The notes beneath the pieces were generated by a model. The model was given only the letters and a program-made list of their open reading frames with translations. It searched no databases and was not told the origin of the DNA. A program made the translations under genes and the position numbers. Below, one piece after another: positions 63,703 through 64,000 of a stretch of 64,000 bases of DNA; within the stretch, counting starts at the first letter, position 1, and each line of letters begins with the position of its first letter. Source of the DNA: an uncultured Pseudomonadales bacterium (GTDB taxonomy: Bacteria; Patescibacteriota; Microgenomatia; UBA1400; PJMF01); NCBI GenBank assembly GCA_964406075.1, contig CAYOQI010000001.1:69015-133014 (forward strand). Reading direction: 5' to 3'.

Positions 63703-64000
63703 CTACCTCAAATTGCACTTTACCTAGTGAATCATAAATTTCGGTTTTATTTATCCACTCTGGATCTAACTTGCCTGGTCGTTCTACGACTAAAATCTTA
63801 TGATCAAGCGTACCTAAATCATTCCAGTTGAAGGCTGAAAATTGAATGTTTTCTATCATCTTTAATTTGTAATCTGAATACTGTTGTTGCTGGATTTCAG
63901 CACCACTCATTTTACTAAAAGCTAAGTACCATAAGTAAAATCGATCATCACCAGAATTTACCCAGATGGTTCTTACGTTTGTTCGATTTTCATCCAGATA
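63686..64000 (-). CDS. 3' portion of a gene running off the window; possibly the soluble C-terminal domain of another GT-C-like protein
   Basis: The frame of ORF 63686..63910 stays open (no stop) up to nt 64000. It overlaps the start of the downstream gene by 17 nt. No motif was recognised. Confidence 0.45.
   Translation of the reverse strand, partial: YLDENRTNVRTIWVNSGDDRFYLWYLAFSKMSGAEIQQQQYSDYKLKMIENIQFSAFNWNDLGTLDHKILVVERPGKLDPEWINKTEIYDSLGKVQFEVGEYGQ

Noticed and set aside
1-64000. An alternative genetic code (UGA recoded, as in some CPR lineages).
   Set aside because: TGA terminates well-supported genes at the expected lengths (for example 4117-5046 and 41095-31931's neighbour 41095-41931), and long ORFs are intact under the standard code.
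1-64000. CRISPR arrays, tRNA/rRNA genes, prophage or IS elements.
   Set aside because: The few spacers longer than 80 nt were read by eye. None has cloverleaf-compatible structure, repeat-spacer periodicity or transposase-like ORFs. A tRNAscan/Infernal run would be the decisive check.

Overview
AT-rich, gene-dense bacterial window that uses the standard code (TGA is used as a stop). I found no rRNA, tRNA, CRISPR array, transposase or integrase. All family calls come from motif recognition by eye on the supplied translations; no searches were run.

Layout:
(i) 1-12.7 kb holds an alpha-glucan module (glycogen-synthase-like GT, GH57, GH15, BadF-type sugar kinase) next to a full oxidative pentose-phosphate set (pgl divergent from pgi-zwf-gnd). 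This block is interrupted by a DUF2130 nuclease-like gene pair and by a ~1.2 kb islet with foreign-looking codon usage that encodes an orphan secreted protein.
(ii) 12.7-23.9 kb is a single minus-strand run of envelope-glycosylation genes with ruvC-ruvA-ruvB embedded in it.
(iii) 24-64 kb continues the same very large surface-glycan locus.

From 12.7 kb to the window end I count 11 complete GT-C-like polytopic membrane proteins plus 1 partial candidate. The same span carries a Wzy_C/O-antigen-ligase-type protein, 7 GT2, 5 GT4, 2 other GT candidates, 6 methyltransferase-like genes, 2 acyltransferases and a CE4-GT2 fusion. It also has a ColD-type 3-dehydratase with an Fcl/ColC-type reductase, a GalE-like epimerase, and both a Wzm/Wzt ABC exporter and a Wzx flippase.

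This GT-C-dominated locus is my best candidate for an undescribed system. Secondary candidates are two promoter-to-terminator structured RNA elements at 23.98-24.27 kb, the codon-atypical secreted-protein islet at 7.4-8.65 kb, and a recurrent leaderless-type promoter/start geometry. The gene content and style suggest a Patescibacteria/CPR-like organism, but that is inference only.
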